NCBI GenBank assembly: GCA_038885755.1
Contig: JAVZZH010000003.1
Location: 64,001-128,000 of the forward strand
Reading direction: 5' to 3'
DNA: 64,000 bases
Origin: Candidatus Caldarchaeum sp.
GTDB taxonomy: Archaea; Thermoproteota; Nitrososphaeria_A; Caldarchaeales; Caldarchaeaceae
Positions 51,002 through 60,792 of the stretch are shown here, one piece after another. Position 1 is the stretch's first letter; each line of letters begins with the position of its first letter. Made by a program: the position numbers and the translations under genes. The notes beneath the pieces were generated by a model. The model did no database searches. It was given only the letters and a program-made list of their open reading frames with translations, and was not told the DNA's origin.

Positions 51002-51960
51002 GGGCTAGAAGACAGACAGCCTATACGATTATCATGTTATCCTCATCATTCATAATACTGCTCGCATTACCCTACATGGGGATTTCAGCGTTCATGATAT
51101 CCTTTCTGTTATCCGTATTCATTTGGGTTACGTTGGCGGTCAGCTGGAACATATTATCGGGCTACGTAGGCTACTTCAGCTTCGGACACACGGGGTTCTT
51201 CGGCTCGGGAGCATTCGCATCAGCCGTCACCGACTTCTTCTTCGAGATAGACTACTTCCTAACAATTCCCATAGCTGGTGCTGTTACAACGGCGATGGCC
51301 GCGGGGCTGGGGCTTGTCACATTCAGGCTCAGGAGGCTCCGTGGCGAGCTCTTTGCACTAACAACGCTGGTCCTAACCTCTGTCTCCTCAATAGTAGTGA
51401 TAAACAACTGGGGGAGCGGCATTGTCATGCGCTCAGTTAAGGCCTTCTGGCCATTCATCAGCATACCGCATATTTTCTACACTCTAGCGCTAATATTGTG
51501 TTTTATCAGTATCTATATCTCGGTGGCGATATATCGGTCGAGGCTTGGTCTAAACTTCTTCGCAATAAGGGATGATGAGGAGGCTGCAGAGGCCATAGGT
51601 ATCAACACCTTCAAGAGTAAGATGATAGCTTTTTGCATCAGCTCACTACTGGTAGGTGTGGCTGGAGCGGTCTTTGGCGGCTGGATAAAGTATGTCTGGC
51701 CCGAAACCGTATTCAGCTTAAACTATTCGTTGTATCCCATACTTATGACCATACTGGGAGGTATGGGAACCTGGATTGGGCCAATCGTTGGCGGTGTAAT
51801 CCTCACCACAATCTTCCAAATTGTAGCTGGTGGAGAGGCCGTGCTTAACAACATCATCTTAGGCTCGCTACTGGTGGTCGTGATGATATTCCTACCACGT
51901 GGACTCTTCAACCTTGTACTATCCGGCTACAGGAGAGTCAGGAGTCCAAGGCATCTGTAG
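50998..51960 (+). CDS. livM: Branched-chain amino acid-type ABC permease
   Basis: SWNILSGYVGYFSFGH, FALTTL, AIRDDEEAAEAIGIN, ILGGMGT..GP; start set at ATG 50998. Confidence 0.85.
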   Translation: MRARRQTAYTIIMLSSSFIILLALPYMGISAFMISFLLSVFIWVTLAVSWNILSGYVGYFSFGHTGFFGSGAFASAVTDFFFEIDYFLTIPIAGAVTTAMAAGLGLVTFRLRRLRGELFALTTLVLTSVSSIVVINNWGSGIVMRSVKAFWPFISIPHIFYTLALILCFISIYISVAIYRSRLGLNFFAIRDDEEAAEAIGINTFKSKMIAFCISSLLVGVAGAVFGGWIKYVWPETVFSLNYSLYPILMTILGGMGTWIGPIVGGVILTTIFQIVAGGEAVLNNIILGSLLVVVMIFLPRGLFNLVLSGYRRVRSPRHL

Positions 51961-52009
51961 GCTTTGCCTGCTAAAACGTTTATAAGCACCATGGGAGCGG
52001 AGAGCGTGG

Positions 52010-52711
52010 ATGTCCCTGCTGAAACTCTTGAATGTGAGCAAGTCATTCGGTGGACTAAAGGCGGTTAACAAGGTTTCGATGGATGTTCCTCCCAACGTAA
52101 TTTTGGGTTTGATCGGGCCCAACGGCTCAGGCAAGACCACATTAGTCAATCTCATCACAGGGTTCTACAGGCCTGATTCGGGCGACATTTTCTTCAAGGG
52201 TGAGAAGATAACAGGACTCAAGCCCTACCATATCGCCAACAGAGGCATAGTCAGGACCTTCCAGCTGACAAGAGTGTTCAAACAACTGACAGTTATGCAG
52301 AATCTGCTGACAGCCTTAAACTCCCACAGGGATTACAACCAGCAGAAGATGTCAGAAATTCTAGCTATGATGGGGCTTCAGCGGAAGGAGCATGTGTTGG
52401 CGGCGAATCTGTCTTATGGTGAGCAGAAACTTCTCGAGATAGGTAGAGCTCTCATGAAGGACCCTGATCTACTTATTTTGGATGAACCTGTCAGCGGGAT
52501 CAGCCCAACCATAATCGAAAGGCTAACCCAGCTGGTAAGGGATTTGAAGGGGTTGGGCAAGACAATCCTAGTCATAGAACACAACCTGAATGTAATTAGC
52601 ACAATATGCGATAGAGTCGTCGTCCTTAATTATGGAGAGAAGATCGCTGAAGGTACCTTCAATGAGATCTCGCAAGACCAACGGGTTATAATGGCATACA
52701 TAGGCGAGTGA
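52010..52711 (+). CDS. livG: ABC transporter ATP-binding protein
   Basis: KSFGGLKAV, GPNGSGKTT, RTFQ, LSYGEQK, LDEP, IEHN. Confidence 0.88.
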   Translation: MSLLKLLNVSKSFGGLKAVNKVSMDVPPNVILGLIGPNGSGKTTLVNLITGFYRPDSGDIFFKGEKITGLKPYHIANRGIVRTFQLTRVFKQLTVMQNLLTALNSHRDYNQQKMSEILAMMGLQRKEHVLAANLSYGEQKLLEIGRALMKDPDLLILDEPVSGISPTIIERLTQLVRDLKGLGKTILVIEHNLNVISTICDRVVVLNYGEKIAEGTFNEISQDQRVIMAYIGE

Positions 52712-53460
52712 GTTTCATGAGTTTGGAGATACGGGATCTAACGGCTGGATACGGGCATACTGAGGTCCTGCACGGTGTAGACATCACAGTTGTTGCCGGT
52801 GAGACAACAGCCATGATAGGGCCCAACGGGGCTGGTAAGACAACTCTCCTGAAGACTATAATGGGTCTTGTCAAAGCCCGTAGTGGAACTATCCTCTATA
52901 AGGTTGACGGCAGGATTGAAGACCTTAACCGCTCTGGCCCTCACACCCGTGTGAGGTCTGGGATATGTATGGTCCCCGAGAGCGGGAGAGTCTTCCAAAA
53001 GATGACCGTCCTGGAAAATCTTAGATTCGCTGCTTATACAATCAAGGATAAGGGGATCATTGCTGAGCGCATGAACAGGGTTTTTCAACTCTTCCCCATA
53101 TTAAACAAGAGACGAAATCAGTTGGCCGGTACTCTAAGCGGTGGGGAGCAGGCGATGCTGGCTATCGGGAAGGCCTTGATGCTCAGCCCAAGACTAATCC
53201 TCTTGGACGAGCCCTCGATAGGGTTGGCGCCCAAGGTGGTGAGCGACGTCTACTCTAAGCTGAGGGAGATTAACGCATTAGGTGTAACCCTCTTCATAGT
53301 GGAGCAGAACGTTGATAAAGCTTTGAGCGTTGCGACGCATCTCTATGTGCTCAGCCAAGGCAAGATAGTTTACTCGGGAAGTCCTAGGGATGTTAAGAAG
53401 GAGGAGCTATTCGCCAGATACTATGCCGGCTATGGTGAGGTGACGCAAAAAAATAGATAG
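52708..53460 (+). CDS. livF: ABC transporter ATP-binding protein
   Basis: GPNGAGKTT, AGTLSGGEQAMLAIG, LDEPSIGLAP, VEQN. Confidence 0.88.
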   Translation: MSFMSLEIRDLTAGYGHTEVLHGVDITVVAGETTAMIGPNGAGKTTLLKTIMGLVKARSGTILYKVDGRIEDLNRSGPHTRVRSGICMVPESGRVFQKMTVLENLRFAAYTIKDKGIIAERMNRVFQLFPILNKRRNQLAGTLSGGEQAMLAIGKALMLSPRLILLDEPSIGLAPKVVSDVYSKLREINALGVTLFIVEQNVDKALSVATHLYVLSQGKIVYSGSPRDVKKEELFARYYAGYGEVTQKNR

Positions 53461-53496
53461 GATGCTGGATGGTGGAGAGTTTGGTGAGCAGTTGTA

Positions 53497-55725
53497 ATGA
53501 TAGGGGACTCTATACCGCCTGAGGAGAACCTCCGTCTAGTCACGGGGAGAGGGGTATACGCTGGAGACATGAATATTCGTGGAGCCCTATATCTAGGTGT
53601 TGTCAGAAGCCCCTATCCACGTGCAATGGTCAGGCGGGTTGATGCCTCCGACGCCTCAAAGGTGTCGAGACTGGTAATCTTGCGGTCTGACCTCGAAACC
53701 ATCTTCAAGACCGTGCTTATGCCTGCGATGGGGTTCCCCGATGTAAAGATGGCTAGGATGCCGATCTTAGCGTCTGACAAGGTGAACTTTGTGGGTCAGC
53801 CTGTGGCGGCCGTCATCTGTGATGACCTTTACACCCTCCAGGACGCAGTAGAGCTTGTGTCAGTTGACTATGACCCACTGGAGCCTGTCGTTGACCCTAA
53901 GAGGGCTCTTGATGGCGGGTCTCCCATTATACATCCTGAGATCGGCTCCAACATATGTGTGTATAGGGAGCTGGGGGGAGACGTTACTGAAGCCTTCCGC
54001 AGAGCTGACGTCGTGTTGGAGGATGAATATGAGATTCATAGAGTAGCTCCCGCACCGATGGAGCCTAGGGCTGCTGTGGCCGTCTATGAAAATGGCAGAC
54101 TCACCCTATATGTAGCGTCGCAGGGAGTCTTCATATTCAAGCAACTTCTGCTGGAAAACCTAGCACTCCAAGAAGATCATGTACGAATAGTTCAGGCTGA
54201 TGTTGGCGGGGCGTTCGGAAGCAAGACACCACCCTATCCAGAGCATCTACTAGCCGTATATGCTTCCATGAAGCTCGGTAGGCCGGTAAAATGGGTTGAG
54301 ACGCGTAGGGAGCATCTGACGGCTTCAAGCCATTCAAGGGATATTCGGGGAAGAATTTCACTGGCGGCCGGCAGGGAGGGGCGCATACTGGGGATAAGGG
54401 CGTCCATAACCGCGGACATCGGCGCATACGCCTTCTTCGTAAACCCCCTGTTCGGAGTCTTTACTGGACAGCAGATAACCGGACCTTATGACGTTAGGGC
54501 AGCCCATGTGGATGTGACCGCTGTCTACACAAACAAGACACCTACAGGGCCATACAGAGGGTTCAGCAGGCCCGAGGCAGCGTTCTTCTATGAGAGGGCG
54601 GTAGACATGCTGGCAGACGAGCTCGGCCTTGATCCGGCTGAAGTCAGGTTAAACAACCTAGTGAAGCTGGAGAGTATGCCATACAAGACACCTCTTGGGC
54701 TTGAGCTTGACCCAGAGGACTACCTTAACATCATGTCGCGAGCGTTAACGCTCTTCAACTATGATCGACTAAAGACGGAGCTGGAGGCTGAGAGAAGAAG
54801 TGGAAGGATGGTGGGAATGGGGCTGGCCAACTATTTCGAGCTAAACAGAGCCAGTTTTGGACGTGGTGAGTCAGGTCTAGCTAGGCTTGAGCGGGACGGT
54901 ACAGTCTCCATAGCGACAGGAGCAGGCCCACACGGCCAAGGACTCGCAACAATACTTCGGCAGATGGCGGCTTGGGAGATGGGCGTAAGCGTTGAGAGGA
55001 CAAGATTTCTAGGCCCAGACTCTGACCTTATGAAGACAGGGGTGGGCACCTTCGGAAGCCGCAGCACGGTAATCAGTGGCGAGGCAGTCATATCAGCTGC
55101 CAAAGCCTTGAAGCGACTCATACTGGAGCGTGCCTCGTCGCTCCTTGGCGTTCCCCTATCCCAGCTCTCATATTCGAATGGATACATAACAACTGCGGGC
55201 AACCCATCCACCACAGTTGACTTGAAATACATAGCTGAGAAGGCAGGACCGCTGGAGGCGCAGGTTTTCGTTGAGGGGAAGGATATATTCTCCTACGGTG
55301 TCCACATGGCTATTGTCGAGGTGGACGGAGAAAGCGGGGCAGTGAGGCTGCTCAGATACGCATGCGTGGATGATGCGGGCCGTGTAGTTAACCCACTATT
55401 AGCTGAGGCCCAGGTTGTAGGTGGTGTAGCTCAGGCCGTGGGGCAAGTATTCTATGAAGAGATATTCTATGACTCAGATGGCCAGCCCCAGAACCTAACA
55501 ATATCAGATGCTGGGTTGCCAACAGCCCTCGAGATGGGCCCAGTAGAATCCATGCTCCTTGAATATCCGTCGCAGTACTCACACGGAGCTAGGGGCATCG
55601 GTGAGGCGGGAACAATTGCCGGTCTACCCACCCTGGTTAGGGCTGTCGAGAACGCGTTGGGCAGGCGGGTCAGGAGCACAAATCTCAAGACTGAAAGGAT
55701 ATGGCGTATGGCAAATTTGGGATGA
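53497..55725 (+). CDS. Xanthine dehydrogenase family molybdopterin-binding (large) subunit, CoxL/CutA-like
   Basis: PMEPR, DVGGAFGSK, GPYRGFSRPEA, HGQG, GTFGSRS, DDAGRVVNP, GIGEAG. Confidence 0.92.
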   Translation: MIGDSIPPEENLRLVTGRGVYAGDMNIRGALYLGVVRSPYPRAMVRRVDASDASKVSRLVILRSDLETIFKTVLMPAMGFPDVKMARMPILASDKVNFVGQPVAAVICDDLYTLQDAVELVSVDYDPLEPVVDPKRALDGGSPIIHPEIGSNICVYRELGGDVTEAFRRADVVLEDEYEIHRVAPAPMEPRAAVAVYENGRLTLYVASQGVFIFKQLLLENLALQEDHVRIVQADVGGAFGSKTPPYPEHLLAVYASMKLGRPVKWVETRREHLTASSHSRDIRGRISLAAGREGRILGIRASITADIGAYAFFVNPLFGVFTGQQITGPYDVRAAHVDVTAVYTNKTPTGPYRGFSRPEAAFFYERAVDMLADELGLDPAEVRLNNLVKLESMPYKTPLGLELDPEDYLNIMSRALTLFNYDRLKTELEAERRSGRMVGMGLANYFELNRASFGRGESGLARLERDGTVSIATGAGPHGQGLATILRQMAAWEMGVSVERTRFLGPDSDLMKTGVGTFGSRSTVISGEAVISAAKALKRLILERASSLLGVPLSQLSYSNGYITTAGNPSTTVDLKYIAEKAGPLEAQVFVEGKDIFSYGVHMAIVEVDGESGAVRLLRYACVDDAGRVVNPLLAEAQVVGGVAQAVGQVFYEEIFYDSDGQPQNLTISDAGLPTALEMGPVESMLLEYPSQYSHGARGIGEAGTIAGLPTLVRAVENALGRRVRSTNLKTERIWRMANLG

Positions 55726-55758
55726 TGGATGTGTATGTCCAGAGGATAAACACTTGGA

Positions 55759-56221
55759 ATGACGGTGACCCGAATCCGCCACGCAGGACTCACACTGAAA
55801 GACATCAAGAAACACATCGAATTCTTCCAGCAAGTCTTGGGCGCTGAGCTGATACATGTGGGGGAGAGCCGAGACCGGAGGAGGGCATACCTAAGTAGAG
55901 TTTTGAGACGAATACAAATGTGAGGGGGCACACCTGAGATACGCCTTGGCGATACACTATTCGAGCTAATATGCTACATCGACCCGCGGGGAAGGAACAA
56001 AACGTTAACAGTCACAATGATGTAGGAGCTCCACGTTATGCCTTCGAAGTCGATGACATGGACAAGGCTGTGAGAGAGCTTGAGGAGAGAGATGTAAAAC
56101 TACACACAAAACCTTTCAACGTTGTCCGGAGAGAGATAGATGGGGTGTGAAGGGTTTCAAATTCGCCGTCTTCACAGGTCCGGATGGGGAGCTATATGAG
56201 GTCTTCCAAGAACTGAAGTAG
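55759..56221 (+). pseudogene. VOC/glyoxalase family pseudogene
   Basis: RIRHAGLTLKDI....FFQQVLG, FELICY, AFEVDDMDKAVREL, FTGPDGELYEVFQ in shifting frames. Confidence 0.82.
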
Positions 56222-56229
56222 CTATAAGC

Positions 56230-56860
56230 TGGGCTTGAACGGGGACCAGCCGGGAATCTCTCCCAGTAACATCTATGTATAGACTCTCGCTGGTCATGGG
56301 CTTGCCAGCAACTCTGTCATGGAGGAAGTCTGACAAGATGTGGAGCCAGTATACGTTGGGGAGCGCATGTATCTCTCCCTCTACGTCATCGTCTTCTTAA
56401 GCCCCGCAAGCTCTTCATAGAAGGCATACGCATCAGCTATTGGAGCTAGCTCATCATCCTCCCCCGCAATTATTAGGAAAGGTTTTGTGATCTTCTTCCC
56501 AAACCCCTTCAACGTCAACTTAGCGGCGAATGCGTCGAACGTCTCCTCATCGTATATGTCGGTCATGAACATGTACCGCATCTTGAACGATGGCGAAGCC
56601 GAGTTGAGCAGAGTCTTATGGCCGGGCTCAAAGCATGGCATGGCAACCGCCGTTGCCTTGACATACTCGTTGTTATACGAAGCTACTTGGGCAGCCCAGA
56701 ATGAGCCCATGCTCACACCATAGACACAGATGTTATCCGGGTCGACATCCTTCCTACTTTATGCATGTTCGGCCAGCCCTTCCGAAGTTTTCTTCAGTCA
56801 TTGGAATCTTGCGTCTCGGGTTAAGGGATTCTCCTATGCCAGGCCCATCTATTGAGGGGG
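56230..56860 (-). pseudogene. Alpha/beta hydrolase pseudogene (FrsA / dihydroxypseudooxynicotine hydrolase-like)
   Basis: IDGPGIGES, nucleophile GVSMG, AGEDDEL, GEIH; N-terminus missing, frameshifts present. Confidence 0.78.
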
Positions 56861-56999
56861 CGCCCATCCCATCTGCTGGGGAGCCCATTGGCGGTGAGGG
56901 CGGCCGCAACTTATTTAAGCATTCTTTTTGCCCGGGCCGTTTTACACGTATACCTGTTTGTTCAAAAAATTTAAATGCCCTTATTCACATCGCTACAAC

Positions 57000-58289
57000 A
57001 TGTCCACCTACAACTTGGGGGAGCTGGGGTTTCCAGAGGATACACCGCTGGGAAGACTAGATTATGACAGAATGCTACGGGAGAAGATGGCTAGGGCTAG
57101 GGAGAAGATGCGTCAGTATGGTTTGGGCTCTATCGTATGCATGACCGATATCAATGTGGGATACTGCACAAATATTCCGCCCATATTTCCCGCAGCAGGA
57201 GCAATAGGGGGAAACAGGTATGCACTCTTCCCGATAGAGGGCGAGCCTGTGGCCTTCGAGGAGTGTAACACGGCTTTCGTGCTTAGACAGTGTCTCCCCA
57301 ACATACGTGTGGAGTATGCGATACCTGGGTCAGGCGGACCGCACCTCGCCAGCGCCAAAGAAGCACAGGAATATCTCACTAGAGAGTGGGCTGAACAGAT
57401 AGCATCCATCCTACGTGAGTATAAGCTTGATAAGGAGAGGGTAGGCGTAGACGTTAACTCGCCCCCGCTGATAGAAGCCCTCAAGAAGGCGGGTCTAGAC
57501 GCGACACCTGAGGGTGGAAAAGCGCTACTCGAGGCACGTATGATAAAGACACCCGTGGAACTGCAGTGCATACGGGCCCTGGCAACAATCATAGACGGTG
57601 TTTTCGCCACACTGGCCAAGAACCTGAGAGCGGGCGTAACGGAGAAGGAGATCTACGCCAAATGTATTTCATATGCGATAGAGCAGGGCATAACACCCTA
57701 CGGAGGCTTCATAGTCTCGGGTCAGCACACATGGCCTAAGGACAACTCTAGGCCGTTCAGCGGCAGGCGAATTAGGCCGGGAGAGGTTGTGTACGCCGAC
57801 TTCTTCAACTTCAGCTTCAACGGTTACAAGTCGTGCTACTACAGGACATTCGTGGTGGGCAGAGCTTCCAAGGAACTCAGGGAGACAAATGAGAGGGTAT
57901 ACAACTGGTTAAAAGAGGCTGAGAAGAAGGTCAAGCCGGGAAACACCACGAAGGATGTCGTGGAGAGCTGGCCGGACGAGGGCTACCTCTGGTCTGAGAA
58001 ACCTCCGTTCATAAGAACTGAGAGGGATAAGCTGGCCACCTTCTGGATGAACATGGGCCATGGAATAGGTCTAGGACTATATGAACCACCCTTCTTCTGG
58101 CGGCCGGTTGCTCTGAAATGGCCTCAGAAACTTGAGGCAAATATGGCCATCGCCCTTGAAACCCTCGACTGCACCCCGGACGCCAAGTCCGGTGTCAGGA
58201 TAGAGGACATGATAATAGTGACCGAGAGCGGGCATGAAGTAATCAGCAAGTGGCCGGCCGAGGAGGTCACGGAAGCACCCCTCTTCTAG
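57000..58289 (+). CDS. M24-family (creatinase/prolidase fold) hydrolase
   Basis: EARMIKT..E, GYKSCYYRTF, GHGIGL..EPP, ALET, GVRIED; start set at ATG 57000. Confidence 0.9.
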   Translation: MSTYNLGELGFPEDTPLGRLDYDRMLREKMARAREKMRQYGLGSIVCMTDINVGYCTNIPPIFPAAGAIGGNRYALFPIEGEPVAFEECNTAFVLRQCLPNIRVEYAIPGSGGPHLASAKEAQEYLTREWAEQIASILREYKLDKERVGVDVNSPPLIEALKKAGLDATPEGGKALLEARMIKTPVELQCIRALATIIDGVFATLAKNLRAGVTEKEIYAKCISYAIEQGITPYGGFIVSGQHTWPKDNSRPFSGRRIRPGEVVYADFFNFSFNGYKSCYYRTFVVGRASKELRETNERVYNWLKEAEKKVKPGNTTKDVVESWPDEGYLWSEKPPFIRTERDKLATFWMNMGHGIGLGLYEPPFFWRPVALKWPQKLEANMAIALETLDCTPDAKSGVRIEDMIIVTESGHEVISKWPAEEVTEAPLF

Positions 58290-58290
58290 G

Positions 58291-58704
58291 CTAGATTACT
58301 GCAATCGCTTCAAGCTCCACCCGAGCTTCCCTGACCACTAGCGACCTAACCTCGACAGTGGTGGTTGTTGGAAGGTTATCGCCAAATATCTCCCACATAA
58401 CCTCGTTCACCTGATCCTGCTCCTCAATCTTTGTAAGGTAGCGTCTCATGGAGACGATGTTCTCAAACCCTCCACCGGCGGCGTTTAGCACCAGCTTTAT
58501 GTTGCTGAAAGCCCGTCTGGTCTGCTCCTTGATATCCTCAGGTATCTTCAGCTCCTCAGGGTCGTGTGGATGCTTGTGATATAGAGGTAGGGCTGTCATG
58601 CCTGCGATGAAAAGCAGCCTACCACCGGTCACCAAGATGCCTGGCACATATGGCATGCGATGCTGAGGTGGCTGTGGATGTATGGCCACCCTGTTCATGC
58701 CCAT
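58291..58704 (-). CDS. RidA/YjgF superfamily protein
   Basis: LFIAG, EQTRRAFSNI..VL.AAG, PTTTTVEV..L....VELEAIA. Confidence 0.88.
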   Translation of the reverse strand: MGMNRVAIHPQPPQHRMPYVPGILVTGGRLLFIAGMTALPLYHKHPHDPEELKIPEDIKEQTRRAFSNIKLVLNAAGGGFENIVSMRRYLTKIEEQDQVNEVMWEIFGDNLPTTTTVEVRSLVVREARVELEAIAVI

Positions 58705-58789
58705 TCCTTATCTCGAGAAGGATTTAAACGTCCTCCACCTCGTATAGAGGTGTAAGCCTTATAGGGATGGTGGTCGGCAGGTAGCATTT

Positions 58790-59407
58790 GTGAGCAGCAT
58801 AACATCGGACCCACTCTACCACAGGCTCGGGCGGGTTGTGGAAGAAACTAGACGTCTACTGGGAGAAGCTGCGGGTACGCCTGTGAGGATATCCGTCAAA
58901 TCCAACCTAAAGATGATAGGTGTCCAGACCGGTGAGGCTGTGGTGGGTGGTAAGGTGGGCCCGTCTGAGGTCTCATTCACGTTGAGGTCTGATGAGAGGG
59001 AGTTTAGACAAACACCTTCGGAGGTTCTAGGTCCGTATCCTCTTGAATACTTCCTCAGCTCGCTTGGCTTCTGCGAGCTAACACAGTACGGCAGATATGC
59101 GGCTTACCTCGGACTTAAGCTGGATAACGTTTACATTACCGTCAGCGGTGTGTTTGACAAGAGAGGACTATATGGAATAGGCGATATCGACTCCGCATTT
59201 AGCGAGATATCGGTCACCACCAACATGGTGGGCGGCTTAACAGCTGAAGAGGCAGCTGAGCTGGTTAAATGGGTTAGACGATGCTGCGTGGTCTACAACA
59301 CGTTGAAGAAGGCTGTGAAGATTGTGGAGACTATCAGCCTAAACGGAAAAACGTTGGACATCTATGTAAGCTGGCCCGGTCAAGACTCTATTGCACACAA
59401 TCCATAG
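58790..59407 (+). CDS. OsmC/Ohr family protein
   Basis: SDE.....GP.PLEYFLSSLGFC ... RCCVVYNTL (both conserved Cys positions). Confidence 0.82.
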   Translation: MSSITSDPLYHRLGRVVEETRRLLGEAAGTPVRISVKSNLKMIGVQTGEAVVGGKVGPSEVSFTLRSDEREFRQTPSEVLGPYPLEYFLSSLGFCELTQYGRYAAYLGLKLDNVYITVSGVFDKRGLYGIGDIDSAFSEISVTTNMVGGLTAEEAAELVKWVRRCCVVYNTLKKAVKIVETISLNGKTLDIYVSWPGQDSIAHNP

Positions 59408-59410
59408 AAG

Positions 59411-59764
59411 CTACTCCACATCGGGGTTAAGCACTTTACTCTGAAGGTCCTCCCTCCGGGGAACGAGAACCTCGAATAGCATTAGGCCTTTCTCTCCTGA
59501 GAAAAGCCAATGCTCCTCATTAGAACCTATGTAATACATGTCGCCCTCCGCAAGGGGAAACTCGCCGTTCTCAGCCACATACCTACCGCTACCCCTCACT
59601 ATCACACCGTAAGTCACATGTGGGTGTTTATGTTTGGGGAAGTTGGAGTTGGGGGCCAGCTCAACCAGAACAGCAGTGGCTTTGTCGTCTGCCGACGCAT
59701 ACCTACCCCTGAGAGCCTCTGTGACCTGCTTCCAAGCCTCGGGCTTGGGTCTCCAGATCTTCAT
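59411..59764 (-). CDS. Cupin domain protein
   Basis: PKHKHPH....G.G...GD..YI.SNEEH...P.RED. Confidence 0.85.
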   Translation of the reverse strand: MKIWRPKPEAWKQVTEALRGRYASADDKATAVLVELAPNSNFPKHKHPHVTYGVIVRGSGRYVAENGEFPLAEGDMYYIGSNEEHWLFSGEKGLMLFEVLVPRREDLQSKVLNPDVE

Positions 59765-59852
59765 ATGCTTCCCAGAGGTCTGTGAGGCTTATAAACGTTG
59801 TCATCAACACTCACTGGATAATTTATTAGTTAACACATCAGGTCTGACTTAC

Positions 59853-60755
59853 ATGGCTGTGCAACAGCAGACGATAGGGTTCATCGGTCTAGGTAATATG
59901 GGGTATCCTATAGCGCTTAACCTTATCAAAGCAGGCTACAGACTCGTTGTATATGACGTTTTGTGGGAGAGGATGGAGAGACTGATTAAGGAGGGCGCCT
60001 CAGGGGCTGGCTCGCCCAAAGATTTGGCTGAATCAGTCAGCCTAGTCATGACATCCCTTCCAACACCCGAGTCCCTCGAACAGGTTGTGGCCGGAAGGGG
60101 CGGTATATTGGAAGGTGCCCGTGAGGGGTCGGTGATTGTGATGCTAGACACGATATCACCCGCTACAGCTAGGCGGCTGGCCTGTGAGGCTGGCAGGAAG
60201 GGTGTCAAGGTGTTGGATGCGCCTGTTAGCGGCGGCCCATACTTGGCGAGGGAGGGCGCCCTTACAATAATGGTGGGGGGTGAGAAGGATGTATTCGAGA
60301 GATGCAGGCCCATACTTGAGGAGATAGGCAAGCATATCTTCTACGTTGGTGAAAACGGGTCAGGTGCTGTGGTGAAGCTCGTCAACAACCTCCTCTCCCT
60401 TGGAAACGTGGTGCTGATGTGCGAGGCGATAGTCCTAGGGGTTTTGGCAGGCGTTGACGGGAAAATACTCTACGAAGTTGTGTCCAAGAGTACTGGGAGA
60501 AGTTTCGCACTAGAGTACAAGCTACCCAACATAATTGCTAAAAGACGTTTCGACGGTGGTTTCGCCATAGACCTTGCCTGTAAGGATTTGGGGATTATTT
60601 CAGACTTGGCAAAGGAGCTGGGATATCCCCTTTTCATGGGCTCAGTTGTTGACCAACTATACAGGCTTGCCAGAATGATGGGGCTGGGGCGGGAGGACCA
60701 CACAGCGGTTGTAAAGATTTTCGAGCGGTGGGCTAATTTGACGCTTGATTTCTGA
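59853..60755 (+). CDS. Beta-hydroxyacid dehydrogenase (tartronate semialdehyde reductase / 3-hydroxyisobutyrate dehydrogenase-like)
   Basis: GFIGLGNMG, DAPVSGG, LTIMVGG, KLVNN, KDL; start set at ATG 59853. Confidence 0.92.
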   Translation: MAVQQQTIGFIGLGNMGYPIALNLIKAGYRLVVYDVLWERMERLIKEGASGAGSPKDLAESVSLVMTSLPTPESLEQVVAGRGGILEGAREGSVIVMLDTISPATARRLACEAGRKGVKVLDAPVSGGPYLAREGALTIMVGGEKDVFERCRPILEEIGKHIFYVGENGSGAVVKLVNNLLSLGNVVLMCEAIVLGVLAGVDGKILYEVVSKSTGRSFALEYKLPNIIAKRRFDGGFAIDLACKDLGIISDLAKELGYPLFMGSVVDQLYRLARMMGLGREDHTAVVKIFERWANLTLDF

Positions 60756-60792
60756 CAACACTCTATATATATCGGACAACCCATCAGCAGAC

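Noticed and set aside
53497-55725. Aerobic carbon monoxide dehydrogenase CoxL
   Set aside because: Lacks the AYxCSFR Cu-binding loop, and no coxMS or accessory genes are present
56381-56400. TAG read-through (pyrrolysine) or programmed frameshift in the alpha/beta hydrolase
   Set aside because: The homologous sequence continues in another frame with no slippery site, and the gene has other lesions; ordinary decay explains it
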